A stretch of DNA of 64,000 nucleotides from PVC group bacterium (GCA_024231215.1 JAAEQR010000072.1:513210-577209), one strand, 5' to 3'. Positions 1 through 10,421 are shown, counted from the first letter of the stretch. Made by a program: numbers and translations. Notes: a model not told the origin generated them from the sequence alone.

Positions 1-1302
1 CAAAAGACGATAACCAAAGCAGTAGAACTTAACGGAATTGGTTTACATACAGGACAAAAAGTTAATATAAAATTCAAGCCAGCAGAAGAAAACAGCGGTG
101 TTGAATTTGTTCGTATTGACCTTCCCGAGAAACCCCGTATAAAAGCTCACATGTCTAACCTGATAGAGAGGCCGCGTCGTACTTCTATTGGTATGTATGG
201 GGTAGAGATCCACACTATTGAACATGTAATGGCAGCATTAGTCGGCCTGGGCATTGATAATATTACTATAGAAATGGATGCAGAGGAACTGCCTGGATTA
301 GACGGTAGTGCTTTACCTTTCTTGGAAATTTTAAAAAATGCAGGGGTAAAAGAACAACAGTCCGCGCGGATATACTTCCAGCCCAAAGAGCCTTTGTATA
401 TGGAAGAGGGCGATTCGTCGCTGATGATTTTACCGTCTAATGATTTCCGTGTTTCCTACACAATGAGTTATCCTCATCCACTTTTGCAATCGCAATATGC
501 ATCGTTTGGAGTTGATTCTGATGTTTTTGAACAAGAAATTGCGCCTAGCCGGACATTCTGTTTGCAGCAGGAAGCAGAAGAGCTAACTCTACAAGGTCTG
601 GGTAAAGGAGCAAATTACGATAATACGGTGGTTGTGGGTGCAAAAGAGATCGTAAATAATGAATTGCGTTTTGACGATGAGTTTGTAAGACATAAGATTT
701 GTGATCTCATTGGTGATTTATATCTGTTGGGACATCCACTAAAAGGACATGTAGTTGGGATAAAAAGCGGGCATCCCTTGAACATAAAGCTGTTGAAGAA
801 AATAAAGAATTTGCATGACCGTCAAACAGCAGCTGGAATTGGTGCATATGAGGAAGATTTTAAGGATACTCCACCGCTTGATATTAATGAGATTCAGCGC
901 ATTCTTCCGCATCGCTACCCGTTTTTACTGGTAGACAGAATTATAAAGCTGGAAAAAGATAAATATGCAGTAGGTATAAAAAATGTCAGTATTAACGAGA
1001 ATTTTTTTACCGGACATTTCCCGGGAAAGCCGGTAATGCCAGGGGTACTTATTATTGAAGCTATGGCTCAGGTAGCCGGAGTTTTGATATTGAGTAATCG
1101 TGCTAATCTGGGAAAACGTGCATATTTTATGAGTATTGATAGAGTGAAATTTAGAAGAATGGTTCTTCCTGGAGACCAGTTGCATATTGAGGTTTCTGTA
1201 TTAAAGTTGAAGACAAGAACCGGACAAGTATATGCGCGAGCGTTGGTGGAAGATAAATTGGTTTCCGAAGCGCAGCTGATGTTTTCTTTAGGAGATAGAT
1301 GA
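1..1302 (+). CDS. lpxC-fabZ: Bifunctional LpxC deacetylase / FabZ 3-hydroxyacyl-ACP dehydratase (5'-truncated by the window)
   Basis: The frame is open from position 1 (QKTI...GIGLHTG), so the start lies upstream. LpxC motifs TIEHVMAAL and HKICDLIGDL; FabZ motifs LPHRYPFLLVDRI and GHFPGKPVMPGVLIIEAMAQ. Confidence 0.96.
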   Translation, partial: QKTITKAVELNGIGLHTGQKVNIKFKPAEENSGVEFVRIDLPEKPRIKAHMSNLIERPRRTSIGMYGVEIHTIEHVMAALVGLGIDNITIEMDAEELPGLDGSALPFLEILKNAGVKEQQSARIYFQPKEPLYMEEGDSSLMILPSNDFRVSYTMSYPHPLLQSQYASFGVDSDVFEQEIAPSRTFCLQQEAEELTLQGLGKGANYDNTVVVGAKEIVNNELRFDDEFVRHKICDLIGDLYLLGHPLKGHVVGIKSGHPLNIKLLKKIKNLHDRQTAAGIGAYEEDFKDTPPLDINEIQRILPHRYPFLLVDRIIKLEKDKYAVGIKNVSINENFFTGHFPGKPVMPGVLIIEAMAQVAGVLILSNRANLGKRAYFMSIDRVKFRRMVLPGDQLHIEVSVLKLKTRTGQVYARALVEDKLVSEAQLMFSLGDR

Positions 1303-1305
1303 AGT

Positions 1306-2094
1306 ATGCGAGGAAGGACAAAAATCCATCCCACTGCTAATGTCCATCCTGATGCCGTACTCAATGATGATGTGGAGATCGGTCCACATAGTATTGTTGG
1401 AGAGGCAGTAACTATTGGGGGCGGGACAAAAATTGGTAGCTCTTGTGTTATCGATGGTCGTACTACAATCGGTAAAAATTGCCAGATTTTTACAGGTGCG
1501 GTTATTGGAAGTATCCCCCAAGATTTAAAATATAAAGGTGAAGATACCGAGGTTTGTATTGGTGATAATAATATAATCCGAGAATATGTTACGATTAATC
1601 TTGGTACAGATGACCATAAGAAGACCATAATCGGTAATAAAAATTTGTTCATGGCTTATTCCCATATAGCCCATGATTGTATTGTAGGTAATGAAAATGT
1701 AATTGCCAATGTGGGAACTTTGGCCGGACATGTGACAGTTACGGATAAGGTGGTCTTAGGCGGGTTGACGGCTGTACATCAATTTGTGAAGCTGGGACAA
1801 ATGTCTATTATTGGCGGATGTTCTAAAGTAGTTCAGGATATACCTCCATTTTCTATGGTTGACGGACACCCCGCGAGAGTATATGGAATTAATAATATTG
1901 GTTTACAACGGGCAAATGTTAGTCAGGAAAGCATTAGTCGGGTGAAGATGGCATTTAAAATTTTATTTAAGATGAAATTATCTATGACTAATGCATTAAA
2001 AAGAGTGGAAAGTGAAATTCCCCAGGATCAATATGTATCTGCGCTTATAGAATTTATAAAATCTTCAGAAAGAGGGGTATGTAAGGGGAATTAA
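1306..2094 (+). CDS. lpxA: UDP-N-acetylglucosamine O-acyltransferase
   Basis: Hexapeptide repeats, PQDLKY, IREYVTIN, HIAHDC, HQF; follows lpxC-fabZ. Confidence 0.96.
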   Translation: MRGRTKIHPTANVHPDAVLNDDVEIGPHSIVGEAVTIGGGTKIGSSCVIDGRTTIGKNCQIFTGAVIGSIPQDLKYKGEDTEVCIGDNNIIREYVTINLGTDDHKKTIIGNKNLFMAYSHIAHDCIVGNENVIANVGTLAGHVTVTDKVVLGGLTAVHQFVKLGQMSIIGGCSKVVQDIPPFSMVDGHPARVYGINNIGLQRANVSQESISRVKMAFKILFKMKLSMTNALKRVESEIPQDQYVSALIEFIKSSERGVCKGN

Positions 2095-2111
2095 AGAGAA
2101 GGATTGATATT

Positions 2112-2912
2112 ATGGAAAAGATTGGACTTATTGCGGGGAACGGAGAGTTCCCTTTACTATTTGCCAAGGGTGCTAAAGCAGCTGGTATTTCGGTTTTAGC
2201 GATTGGGATAAAAGAAGAAACAAGCAAAGAATTGGAAAATTTAGTTGATTCAATACATTGGATTAGTGTTGGGCAATTAAAAACGCTTATTGATATTTTT
2301 AAAAAAGAAGAGATTAAAAAAGCTGTTATGGCTGGACAGATAAGACATAAGCTTTTGTTTAGCGATATCGAATTGGATGAAGAATTAAAAACGCTTCTTT
2401 TACAGCTTAAAGATAAAAAGACAGATACTATTCTGGGAGCAGTTGCGCTAAGACTCAAACAGCTGGGCATAGAACTGATAGACTCTTCCACATTCCTTAA
2501 AGATTACTTGCCTGAAAAAGGGATTTTAACTCAGACTAAACCTACAGAACACCAATGGCAAGATGTTAGCTTTGGGCTTGAAATAGCAAAGACTATTGCG
2601 GGTTTGGATATTGGGCAAAGCGTAGTGGTAAAAGATAAGGTTGTTTTAGCTGTAGAGGCGATCGAAGGAACAGACGAGGCTATCTCCCGCGGTAATTTAC
2701 TGTGTAAAGGTGGTGCTGTAGCTGTAAAAGTTAGTAAGCCAAACCAGGATATGCGTTTTGATATTCCTCTAATCGGAAAAAGGACTATAGAGACTTTAAT
2801 TAATACTAAAACTGCGGTATTAGCTATTGAGGCCGGCAAGACATTATTTTTAGATAGAGAACATGTATTGAAACTGGCAGATAAACATGGAATTTCTATT
2901 GTAGCTGTATGA
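2112..2912 (+). CDS. lpxI: UDP-2,3-diacylglucosamine diphosphatase LpxI
   Basis: IGLIAGNGEFP, DIGQSVVV, AVEAIEGTD, KPNQDMRFDIP; directly after lpxA. Confidence 0.93.
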   Translation: MEKIGLIAGNGEFPLLFAKGAKAAGISVLAIGIKEETSKELENLVDSIHWISVGQLKTLIDIFKKEEIKKAVMAGQIRHKLLFSDIELDEELKTLLLQLKDKKTDTILGAVALRLKQLGIELIDSSTFLKDYLPEKGILTQTKPTEHQWQDVSFGLEIAKTIAGLDIGQSVVVKDKVVLAVEAIEGTDEAISRGNLLCKGGAVAVKVSKPNQDMRFDIPLIGKRTIETLINTKTAVLAIEAGKTLFLDREHVLKLADKHGISIVAV

Positions 2913-2957
2913 TATGTTTATAAGTTTTACTTAAAGCTTAGGATATTATTTGTAGGT

Positions 2958-3033
2958 GCCCACGTAGCTCAGTTGGTAGAGCGAGGCTTTCGTAAAGCTT
3001 AGGTCGGGGGTTCAATTCCTCTCGTGGGCTCCA
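2958..3033 (+). tRNA. tRNA-Thr(CGT)
   Basis: Acceptor stem GCCCACG/CGTGGGC, D-arm AGCTCAGTTGGTAGAGC, anticodon loop TT-CGT-AA, T-loop GGTTCAATTCC, encoded CCA. Confidence 0.95.
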
Positions 3034-3064
3034 AATGTTTTTCTCCGAAACAAGGAGACTGTTT

Positions 3065-4306
3065 GTGATTAAATTTAGTGATGTTTTAAAAGAAAAGAAC
3101 TTCTTTTGTTTCTGGCTGGGACAGGTAATTTCTCAGTTTGGCGATCGTTTAAACCAAATGGCCTTGATTGCATTGGCATACCAGCGCTTAGGTGGTTCAG
3201 CTTTTGGCCTGGCCAAAGTAATGTCATTTACGATAATTCCCTCATTTATATTAAGTCCGATTGCCGGAGTGTTTGTAGATCGCTGGAATCGTAAATATAC
3301 AATGGTTGCCACGGATATAATACGTGCTGTTCTTGTATTACTAATTCCGTTGTTTTTAATGGATTCTGATTCACTAGTTCCGGTGTATATTGTTGTTTTT
3401 TTAGTGTTTTCGACAAGTTGTTTTTTCTTGCCTTCAAAATTTTCTATTATCCCGGAACTTGTTTCTAAAGAAAAACTCCTGATCGCTAATTCCTTAACAA
3501 ATACTACGATGATGTTGGCTGCAGTTTTAGGTGTCGGGATAGGAGGCGTGTTGATCGAAGCGGTTGGCGCCAAAGGTGGGTTTTATATAGATGCGTTTAC
3601 CTTTTTACTTTCGGCTATTTTATTATGTTGTGTTGTGGAAAAGAACAAACAAGTTTGTAAAAAAGTCGATGCCGAAGAGATATCCAGAGTTATTAGGAAG
3701 TCAGTTTTTGGAGATATCAAAGATGGCCTAAAATATGTAGTTGCTCATCCGTATATTAGATTTATTTTCGTAACTGTATTTTTACTTATGTCTGCCGCCG
3801 GAGCTCTTTATATTGTAGGGATTGTTTTTATCCAGCAGGCATTTCATTCTATAACAAAAGATTTAGGATTTCTATCGGTTTTCATCGGGATAGGTTTTGT
3901 CCTCGGGGCTCTTTTGTGCGGACGTTACGGGAATAAAATATCTAAAGTGCGGATAATCTTTTTAAGTCTAATTTCAAGCGGAATAGCTATAGGCGTTTTT
4001 GCTCTCTGTCTAAAAAGGTATCCTTCACTGGCTTTGGCTGCTGTTTTAGCGGTCTTTATGGGCATAAGTTCTGGCCCTATCTTTATTTCCAGCAATACAC
4101 TTATCCATGAGGTCATAAAATCTGAGATGAGAGGTCGGATTTTCAGTTCCTTGGGAATTGTTATGAACTTAGGATTCCTGATTTCTATGTTTATAGCCTC
4201 AAAATTGTCGGAATTTTCTAACCCATTATGGGTCATTTTAGCTGTTTCCGGAGGGTTGATTTTTTACGGTTTTTATGGCTTACTGACGTTTAATATTAAG
4301 AGGTGA
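3065..4306 (+). CDS. MFS transporter (DHA3/macrolide-efflux-like)
   Basis: About 12 hydrophobic segments; GQVISQFGD, motif A GVFVDRWNRK, MRGRIFS. GTG start at 3065 chosen for the AAGGAG SD (ORF track starts at 3035). Confidence 0.88.
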   Translation: MIKFSDVLKEKNFFCFWLGQVISQFGDRLNQMALIALAYQRLGGSAFGLAKVMSFTIIPSFILSPIAGVFVDRWNRKYTMVATDIIRAVLVLLIPLFLMDSDSLVPVYIVVFLVFSTSCFFLPSKFSIIPELVSKEKLLIANSLTNTTMMLAAVLGVGIGGVLIEAVGAKGGFYIDAFTFLLSAILLCCVVEKNKQVCKKVDAEEISRVIRKSVFGDIKDGLKYVVAHPYIRFIFVTVFLLMSAAGALYIVGIVFIQQAFHSITKDLGFLSVFIGIGFVLGALLCGRYGNKISKVRIIFLSLISSGIAIGVFALCLKRYPSLALAAVLAVFMGISSGPIFISSNTLIHEVIKSEMRGRIFSSLGIVMNLGFLISMFIASKLSEFSNPLWVILAVSGGLIFYGFYGLLTFNIKR

Positions 4307-4313
4307 GAAGCCT

Positions 4314-4342
4314 TTGACACAGAGATAAGTTTATGTTAATAT
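4314..4342 (+). promoter_or_regulatory. Putative sigma70 promoter of the accD operon
   Basis: TTGACA-17 nt-TAATAT, overlapped by an inverted repeat. Confidence 0.55.
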
Positions 4343-4400
4343 ATTTAACATTATATAGATAGATAAGTCTATATAAAATAAGAGATAAGCGGTAATTAAT

Positions 4401-5234
4401 ATGTTTGGTAAACCAAAATATACAATTGTAAAAATCAAGAAAAAAGATATGCCCGGAGGTTTATGTTCTAAATGTGATGGGTGTGGGCAGATACTTTTTA
4501 ATAAGCAATTACATGAAAATGTGAATATATGTCCTAAGTGTGATCATCATTTTGTAATGACTGCCAGGGAGCGGGTAGGATTGCTTATTAATGAAGATAG
4601 TTTTGAAGAATTTGATCCGGAATTAAAGCCGAAAGACATTATTGACTTTAAAGGGCCTAAGACCTATAAAGAAAAAATTAAGCAGGATCAGAAGAGGACT
4701 GGATTAATTGACGCGGTTATTACCGGTAAGGGCAAGTTGGAAAAGCAGGATGTTGTGCTTGCGGTAACCGACTCACGGTTTATTATGGGGTCAATGGGTT
4801 CTGTAGTTGGAGAAAAGATAACCAGAGCAATAGAATATGCTACAGCTAATAAGCTGCCGGTTATTATTGTGTCTGGATCAGGCGGTGGAGCGCGTATGTA
4901 TGAAGGGATGTTCAGTCTTATGCAGATGGCGAAAACATCAGCTGCGTTGGCGAAGCATAAAAATAAGAGTTTGTTATATGTTTCAGTGCTTACTAATCCA
5001 ACGATGGCTGGAATTATGGCTAGTTTTGCTAGTTTGGGGGATGTTATCATGGCTGAACCTAAGGCCTTGATCGGATTTACCGGTCCTAGAGTTATTGAGC
5101 AGACGATCAGACAGAAATTACCGCCGGGATTCCAGAGGTCAGAGTTTTTGCTTGAACATGGACATATAGATCTTATAGTGCATAGAAGGCAGATGAAAAC
5201 TCTGCTGAATCAATTAATAGAGTATTTATCGTAA
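4401..5234 (+). CDS. accD: Acetyl-CoA carboxylase carboxyltransferase beta subunit
   Basis: C4 zinc finger, GSMGSVVGEKI, GGGARMYEG, FTGPRVIEQTI. Confidence 0.96.
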   Translation: MFGKPKYTIVKIKKKDMPGGLCSKCDGCGQILFNKQLHENVNICPKCDHHFVMTARERVGLLINEDSFEEFDPELKPKDIIDFKGPKTYKEKIKQDQKRTGLIDAVITGKGKLEKQDVVLAVTDSRFIMGSMGSVVGEKITRAIEYATANKLPVIIVSGSGGGARMYEGMFSLMQMAKTSAALAKHKNKSLLYVSVLTNPTMAGIMASFASLGDVIMAEPKALIGFTGPRVIEQTIRQKLPPGFQRSEFLLEHGHIDLIVHRRQMKTLLNQLIEYLS

Positions 5235-5253
5235 CTTTAAAGGAAGAGATATC

Positions 5254-6237
5254 ATGGCAAAACCCAAATATGGCATTGGTGTTGATTTTGGCGGTACATA
5301 TGTAAAATTAGCATTAGTTCGTTTTACTGATAGAGGTCTTAAAATTGACGGCTATTCTAAATTCCAAACTTGTGATTATAATCGGGACGAAGTAATAGAA
5401 CAATTGGTTATAAGGATTATAAAACTCAAAGCAGAAAGCACGTATAAAGGTAATGAGGTTAAGGGCGTGGGGATAGGTATGCCGGGAAGAGTTGATTTTA
5501 ATAAAGGGGTTGTTTGTGACCTGACAAATGTGCCTGGATGGAAGAACGTGCCGTTGAAAGATATCTTGGAAAAGAAGATAAAAATACCTGTGTTGATTGA
5601 TAATGATGCTAATTTAATGGCGTTGGCAGAAAGTAAATACGGGGCAGCCAAAGGGTATCAGAATTGTGTGTGTGTGACTTTAGGCACTGGTATTGGCGGT
5701 GGGATAATCTTAGGGGGTAAAGTTTATCGTGGTGGTAGTTTTGCGGCTGGAGAAATAGGTCATATGACTATAAATGAGAACGGTCCTTTATGTGCCTGCG
5801 GTAACCGGGGATGTGCTGAACGTTATGCCGGAAACCGGTATATATTAGAAGAAGCTATAAAAAGATTGCGTGGGGGTGCAAGGAGCAGTCTAAAGGACAA
5901 AATTCAGGGCAAATACTCGAATTTGACGCTGGAAATGGTTGCAGCGGCCGCACGGAAAAAAGATGCATTTTCAATGATTTTATGGCAGGAGATTGGAGCA
6001 CATGTAGGAGTTGTTTTAGCGGATGTTGTTAATCTATTAAATCCTGATATTATTGTTTTAGGCGGTGGAGTTGCCAATGCCGGAACGCTTATTCTTGATC
6101 CGATAAGAAAGACGATAAAAGAGAGAGCATTTAAAGTTTCACGGCAAAACTTACGTGTAGGTCTATCTAAGTTTAAACACAAGGCCGGAATTATTGGTGC
6201 GGCAGCGATAGGGGTCACAGGTAAGGAGAATCAGTGA
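5254..6237 (+). CDS. ROK-family sugar kinase (glucokinase-like)
   Basis: GVDFGGT, DNDAN, TLGTGIGGG, GEIGH, CACGNRGCAE. Confidence 0.92.
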   Translation: MAKPKYGIGVDFGGTYVKLALVRFTDRGLKIDGYSKFQTCDYNRDEVIEQLVIRIIKLKAESTYKGNEVKGVGIGMPGRVDFNKGVVCDLTNVPGWKNVPLKDILEKKIKIPVLIDNDANLMALAESKYGAAKGYQNCVCVTLGTGIGGGIILGGKVYRGGSFAAGEIGHMTINENGPLCACGNRGCAERYAGNRYILEEAIKRLRGGARSSLKDKIQGKYSNLTLEMVAAAARKKDAFSMILWQEIGAHVGVVLADVVNLLNPDIIVLGGGVANAGTLILDPIRKTIKERAFKVSRQNLRVGLSKFKHKAGIIGAAAIGVTGKENQ

Positions 6238-7193
6238 AAATCCTGATAACCGGTGGTGCTGGTTTTATTGGTTCGCATCTTGCTGAATACTTGTTGGATC
6301 AGAATCATGAGGTTATCGTTGTTGATAATCTAAGTACTGGAAGTATCGAAAACATTGCTCATTTAACAGAATACGATAATTTTGAGTTTTATGAAGGTAG
6401 TATTCTGAATTATAAGTTGATGCTTAGGCTTGTAACCTCCTGTGAATGTATTTATCATCTTGCTGCGGCTGTAGGTGTGAAATATGTTGTGGAACATCCG
6501 CTCGATTCTTTGATTGTCAATGTCAGAGGAACAGAGATAGTTCTTGATCTTGCCAATGTGTTCAGGAAGAAAGTATTTTTAGCTTCATCTTCGGAGGTTT
6601 ATGGAAAAAACGGTACCCGCCCTTTTCAGGAAAATGATGATCGGATATTAGGTTCGATTGCTGTCTCCCGGTGGGGATATTCTTGTTCTAAGGCATTTGA
6701 TGAATTCTTAGCGGCTGCTTATTATAAAAGCAGCAAACTTGATGTTGTAATCGGTCGTTTATTTAATGTTTGTGGTCCCAAGCAAAAGGGGATATACGGG
6801 ATGGTTATTCCCCGGTTTATCCAGCAAGCGCTGAATAATCAACCGATAACTGTTTACGGTGAAGGTACCCAGATACGTTCATTTACATACATTACGGATG
6901 CTATAACCGCAATAGAAAAGCTGATGTCTGATTCTCAGGCAAAAGGCGAAGTATTTAACATTGGTAGTCCTGAATCGATATCAATAATGGAACTTGCCGA
7001 AAAGATAAAAGAACTTTGTCAAAGTGATTCTGAAATTATAACTGTTCCTTATGAAGAGGTATATGAGGGGGATTTTGAAGATATGTTGTATCGTCTGCCA
7101 GATATCTCTAAACTCAAAGCGGTTACAGGATTTAACCCGGAAGTTAGTCTTGAAGAAATGCTTAAAAAAATTACTAAGGAATATACCGAGTAG
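6234..7193 (+). CDS. NAD-dependent nucleotide-sugar epimerase/dehydratase (extended SDR)
   Basis: TGGAGFIG, HLAAAVG, SSSEVYG, YxxxK (YSCSK). Confidence 0.9.
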   Translation: MKILITGGAGFIGSHLAEYLLDQNHEVIVVDNLSTGSIENIAHLTEYDNFEFYEGSILNYKLMLRLVTSCECIYHLAAAVGVKYVVEHPLDSLIVNVRGTEIVLDLANVFRKKVFLASSSEVYGKNGTRPFQENDDRILGSIAVSRWGYSCSKAFDEFLAAAYYKSSKLDVVIGRLFNVCGPKQKGIYGMVIPRFIQQALNNQPITVYGEGTQIRSFTYITDAITAIEKLMSDSQAKGEVFNIGSPESISIMELAEKIKELCQSDSEIITVPYEEVYEGDFEDMLYRLPDISKLKAVTGFNPEVSLEEMLKKITKEYTE

Positions 7194-7216
7194 TCGAATA
7201 TATTTCACGGAAAAAA

Positions 7217-9658
7217 ATGAAATCCTTTTTTAAAACACTCTTCTTTTTTTTATTTATAGTATATTGTAGTCATTCCAGTCTTTTCTCCGATACTGCTTTT
7301 TGCGCGGATAATTCTGTCGGAGATTCGTCTATAGTAAAAACATCTTCTCATGGTAAGCCTGTTGTCGTTGATGCCGATGAGGTAGAATATCAGGATGTAG
7401 ACAATGTGATTATCGGCAAAGGGAATGTAAAAATAAATTATGAAGATATGAGGCTTTTCTGTGATGACATCACCGTAAATATGAATAGCAAAGATTCCGT
7501 CGCAATTGGTAACATAATTTTATATTATGGGCAGATAAAGATGACCGGAGAGAAGTTAATTTATAATTTTGGTAATAAACAGGGATATTTGCTGGCTTAT
7601 CGGGACGAGAACAATCCCAATCCTATCAAAAAACTCGAAATAACTCAGAATGATCAAAAGATATATGCAGAGCGTGTAGATTTTAATTTAGAGACGCGAA
7701 ACGCTTTAGTTCAGGCAGAGGTGGAGTTTCACCAAAACTCAGCTAAGATTACCGGGCAGAATCTTAATTATGATTTTAACGCAGAAAAGGGATATTTTAA
7801 TAACGCTAAGTTAGAAGAGCTTCCCTGGTATGGTAAATCTGAACATGCAGAACGAATAAATAAAGATCAGATCAATCTGAAGCGAACGCATTTTACTACG
7901 TGTGAGCGTGAGCATCCCCACTATCGGATGCAGGCTAAAACAGTTTACTATTATCCGGGTGATAAAATTATCGCTAAGAATGTATTACTATTTGTCGGGA
8001 ATGCTCCGGTAATGTATTTCCCTTACTGGAAACAGTCGCTTAAAAACGGCAAGGCTAATTTTTCAATAAGTGCCGGCACCAGAAGCGGTTGGGGGTGGTT
8101 TGTTTTTACTACCTGGAGACAATATGTTAATGAAAATGTTGAGGCTCGAATCCATCTTGACCAAAGAGAATTAAAGGGCTTTGCCAGTGGTGTGGATTTA
8201 AACTATAAAAGCCAGGATTTTGGTGAGGGTAGCATAAAAACTTATTATACAAATCAAAGAGATAATTATATTAAACATAGACATGATGAATATGTGTCAA
8301 ATAATAAGTTGGATGAATATATTAACAACTCTCAGGAGTGGGAGCGCTATAGAGGAGAAATTAAACATCGTTGGCAAATAGATCAGTCGACACTTGCTTT
8401 ATTTGAATATAACAAGATGAGTGATATAAATTTTATTAAAGAATATCTTTACCGGGAATACGAAGATGATGTTCAGCCGGTTTCAGAGACGTCTTTGACT
8501 CATTCTACTCCGGTCTATAATTATAGTTTTTATGCTCGTAAGCGTACTAATCGTTTCTATTCTGAAATAGAAAGGCTTCCTGAGGTAATGCTTAATGTGA
8601 ATAGTTTAGAGATGGCTGAAAGTGGTTTTTACTATAGGAATGAACTGGCTGCGACTAATTTAAATAGAAAGACAGCAAATAGTATTGAGGATACTGATGT
8701 TAATAGATTGGATGCTTATAATGAATTTAAATATCCTACAAAGTTGCCGGGAAAATTAGATTGGATAAACTTTGCGCCGTATGTAGGAAATCGGCAGACA
8801 TATTATTCAAAAGATAGAAATGGAGAATTAGAAGACTTAATTAGAGGAATTCATTATTTTGGTGCGGATATGAACACTACATTCTTTCGTATGTCTAATT
8901 TTTCGGCGAATTTATTAGGGATTGAATTTAATCGATTAAGACATGTAGTAACTCCCAGCGTGAAATATACCTATATCCATACTCCAACGATTCCGGGAGA
9001 GAAACTGGGAGTATTTGACGATATAGATTCTATTACAAAAAAGAACTTTTTTACATTTGGCCTGGAAAATCACTTGCAGACAAAATGGAGGCAATCCGGC
9101 AGTGCTGATATGGAAAATGTAGATTTAGTCTATTTTTACCCTCATGTAGATTATTTTAATCGGGTTGATCCGGGACAAAGGCATTTTTCAAATATTCAGG
9201 CAGATTTAGATTTATATCCATATCGTTGGTTGGATATGCAGTCGGATTTAGCCTATAACCAGTATCAGAGACGTTTTCAGACCGCAAATATTGATATCTG
9301 GGCACACGGCGGCAAAAAGTGGTCTGTAGGCCTGGGAAAACGTTATGAGCGTGATGTTAATGAGCAGATGACCTCAGATATCTATTATGAGATTAATCGT
9401 CTATGGCAGGCACGGGTCTATGGGCGGTATCAGTCATATATTGATCGTTTTCAGGAGTTGCAATATACTGTTTATCGTGATTTGCACTGTTGGCTGCTTG
9501 AGATGACCTATGACATGAAACTGAATGAGGATGGTTCTACTCGTGAGCGTACATTTTGGCTTATATTTCGTTTAAAAGCATTTCCGGATGAAACTCCGAT
9601 TCAATTGAACGTAGGTTATGAAAGAGCGCAGAGAATGCGTGGAAGTGATAAATATTAA
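7217..9658 (+). CDS. lptD: LPS-assembly protein LptD
   Basis: Signal peptide, OstA-like jellyroll repeats, FTTC motif, P-x-YFP, aromatic-rich barrel, ERLPE, YRDLHCW. Confidence 0.85.
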   Translation: MKSFFKTLFFFLFIVYCSHSSLFSDTAFCADNSVGDSSIVKTSSHGKPVVVDADEVEYQDVDNVIIGKGNVKINYEDMRLFCDDITVNMNSKDSVAIGNIILYYGQIKMTGEKLIYNFGNKQGYLLAYRDENNPNPIKKLEITQNDQKIYAERVDFNLETRNALVQAEVEFHQNSAKITGQNLNYDFNAEKGYFNNAKLEELPWYGKSEHAERINKDQINLKRTHFTTCEREHPHYRMQAKTVYYYPGDKIIAKNVLLFVGNAPVMYFPYWKQSLKNGKANFSISAGTRSGWGWFVFTTWRQYVNENVEARIHLDQRELKGFASGVDLNYKSQDFGEGSIKTYYTNQRDNYIKHRHDEYVSNNKLDEYINNSQEWERYRGEIKHRWQIDQSTLALFEYNKMSDINFIKEYLYREYEDDVQPVSETSLTHSTPVYNYSFYARKRTNRFYSEIERLPEVMLNVNSLEMAESGFYYRNELAATNLNRKTANSIEDTDVNRLDAYNEFKYPTKLPGKLDWINFAPYVGNRQTYYSKDRNGELEDLIRGIHYFGADMNTTFFRMSNFSANLLGIEFNRLRHVVTPSVKYTYIHTPTIPGEKLGVFDDIDSITKKNFFTFGLENHLQTKWRQSGSADMENVDLVYFYPHVDYFNRVDPGQRHFSNIQADLDLYPYRWLDMQSDLAYNQYQRRFQTANIDIWAHGGKKWSVGLGKRYERDVNEQMTSDIYYEINRLWQARVYGRYQSYIDRFQELQYTVYRDLHCWLLEMTYDMKLNEDGSTRERTFWLIFRLKAFPDETPIQLNVGYERAQRMRGSDKY

Positions 9659-9684
9659 CTAATAGGTTTTTCAGAGAGGATAAG

Positions 9685-10374
9685 ATGAAGATTGGTTTTT
9701 TAGGATTGGATATAGAAGAGGGTAAAGTTAAATATAAAGACGATAAATTAAATAAACTTACAGAGAAGTTTTCTCCTAAAAAGGTAAGTCCTTTTTTTGT
9801 AGAATTTATAAAAGAAGATTTTGTTAGTGCGGATTGTTTGGCAGTGAACAAGGATAGTGTTCTGGATTTGCTGATTTTGGATATGGAGAAAATGGAGACC
9901 AGGCTTGCTAATACGAATGATGAAACAGAAAAAAAGCTTGTGAGAAAATGTTTAGATAGTTTGGAAAAAGAGATTCCGCTTTGTGATGTTGAGTTTAATG
10001 AAGAAGAATCTCAAATGATGCGCGGACTAGCTCCGCTTAGTTTAAAACCAACGGTTTTGGTTGATTCGGATGTGGCCCAGACAGTTTTGATCGAGAAAAT
10101 GCTTCAAAAGTCGAACACAATCTTTTTTTATACAGCCGGACCGAAAGAAGTCCATGCTTGGCCGGCGGCAAAAGATACCGATGCGGTTACTTGTGCCGGA
10201 AAGATTCATTCTGATTTGGCGCGGGGATTTATTAAAGCGGAAATTGTAAATTTTGAGGATTTTATCAAAGGGCACAATATGCAGGAAGCCAAAAGTAATG
10301 GCTATGTAAAACTGGTTGATAAAGATTACATTGTGCAGTATGGCGATATTTTAGATATTAGATTTAATGTATAA
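9685..10374 (+). CDS. YchF-like (DUF933/TGS) protein lacking the G1/G3 NTPase motifs
   Basis: The C-terminus matches YchF (FYTAGPKEVHAW, AGKIHSDLARGFIKAE, KDYIVQYGD..IRFNV). Only 229 aa, with no GxxxxGKS. Confidence 0.85.
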   Translation: MKIGFLGLDIEEGKVKYKDDKLNKLTEKFSPKKVSPFFVEFIKEDFVSADCLAVNKDSVLDLLILDMEKMETRLANTNDETEKKLVRKCLDSLEKEIPLCDVEFNEEESQMMRGLAPLSLKPTVLVDSDVAQTVLIEKMLQKSNTIFFYTAGPKEVHAWPAAKDTDAVTCAGKIHSDLARGFIKAEIVNFEDFIKGHNMQEAKSNGYVKLVDKDYIVQYGDILDIRFNV

Positions 10375-10421
10375 TATTAAGGGGGAATTTGAAGTCCATA
10401 GGGGTGGGAAGGACTGGCAGG

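Noticed and set aside
1-1302. LpxC-FabZ fusion as a novelty
   Set aside because: This fusion is already well known, for example in Bacteroidota.
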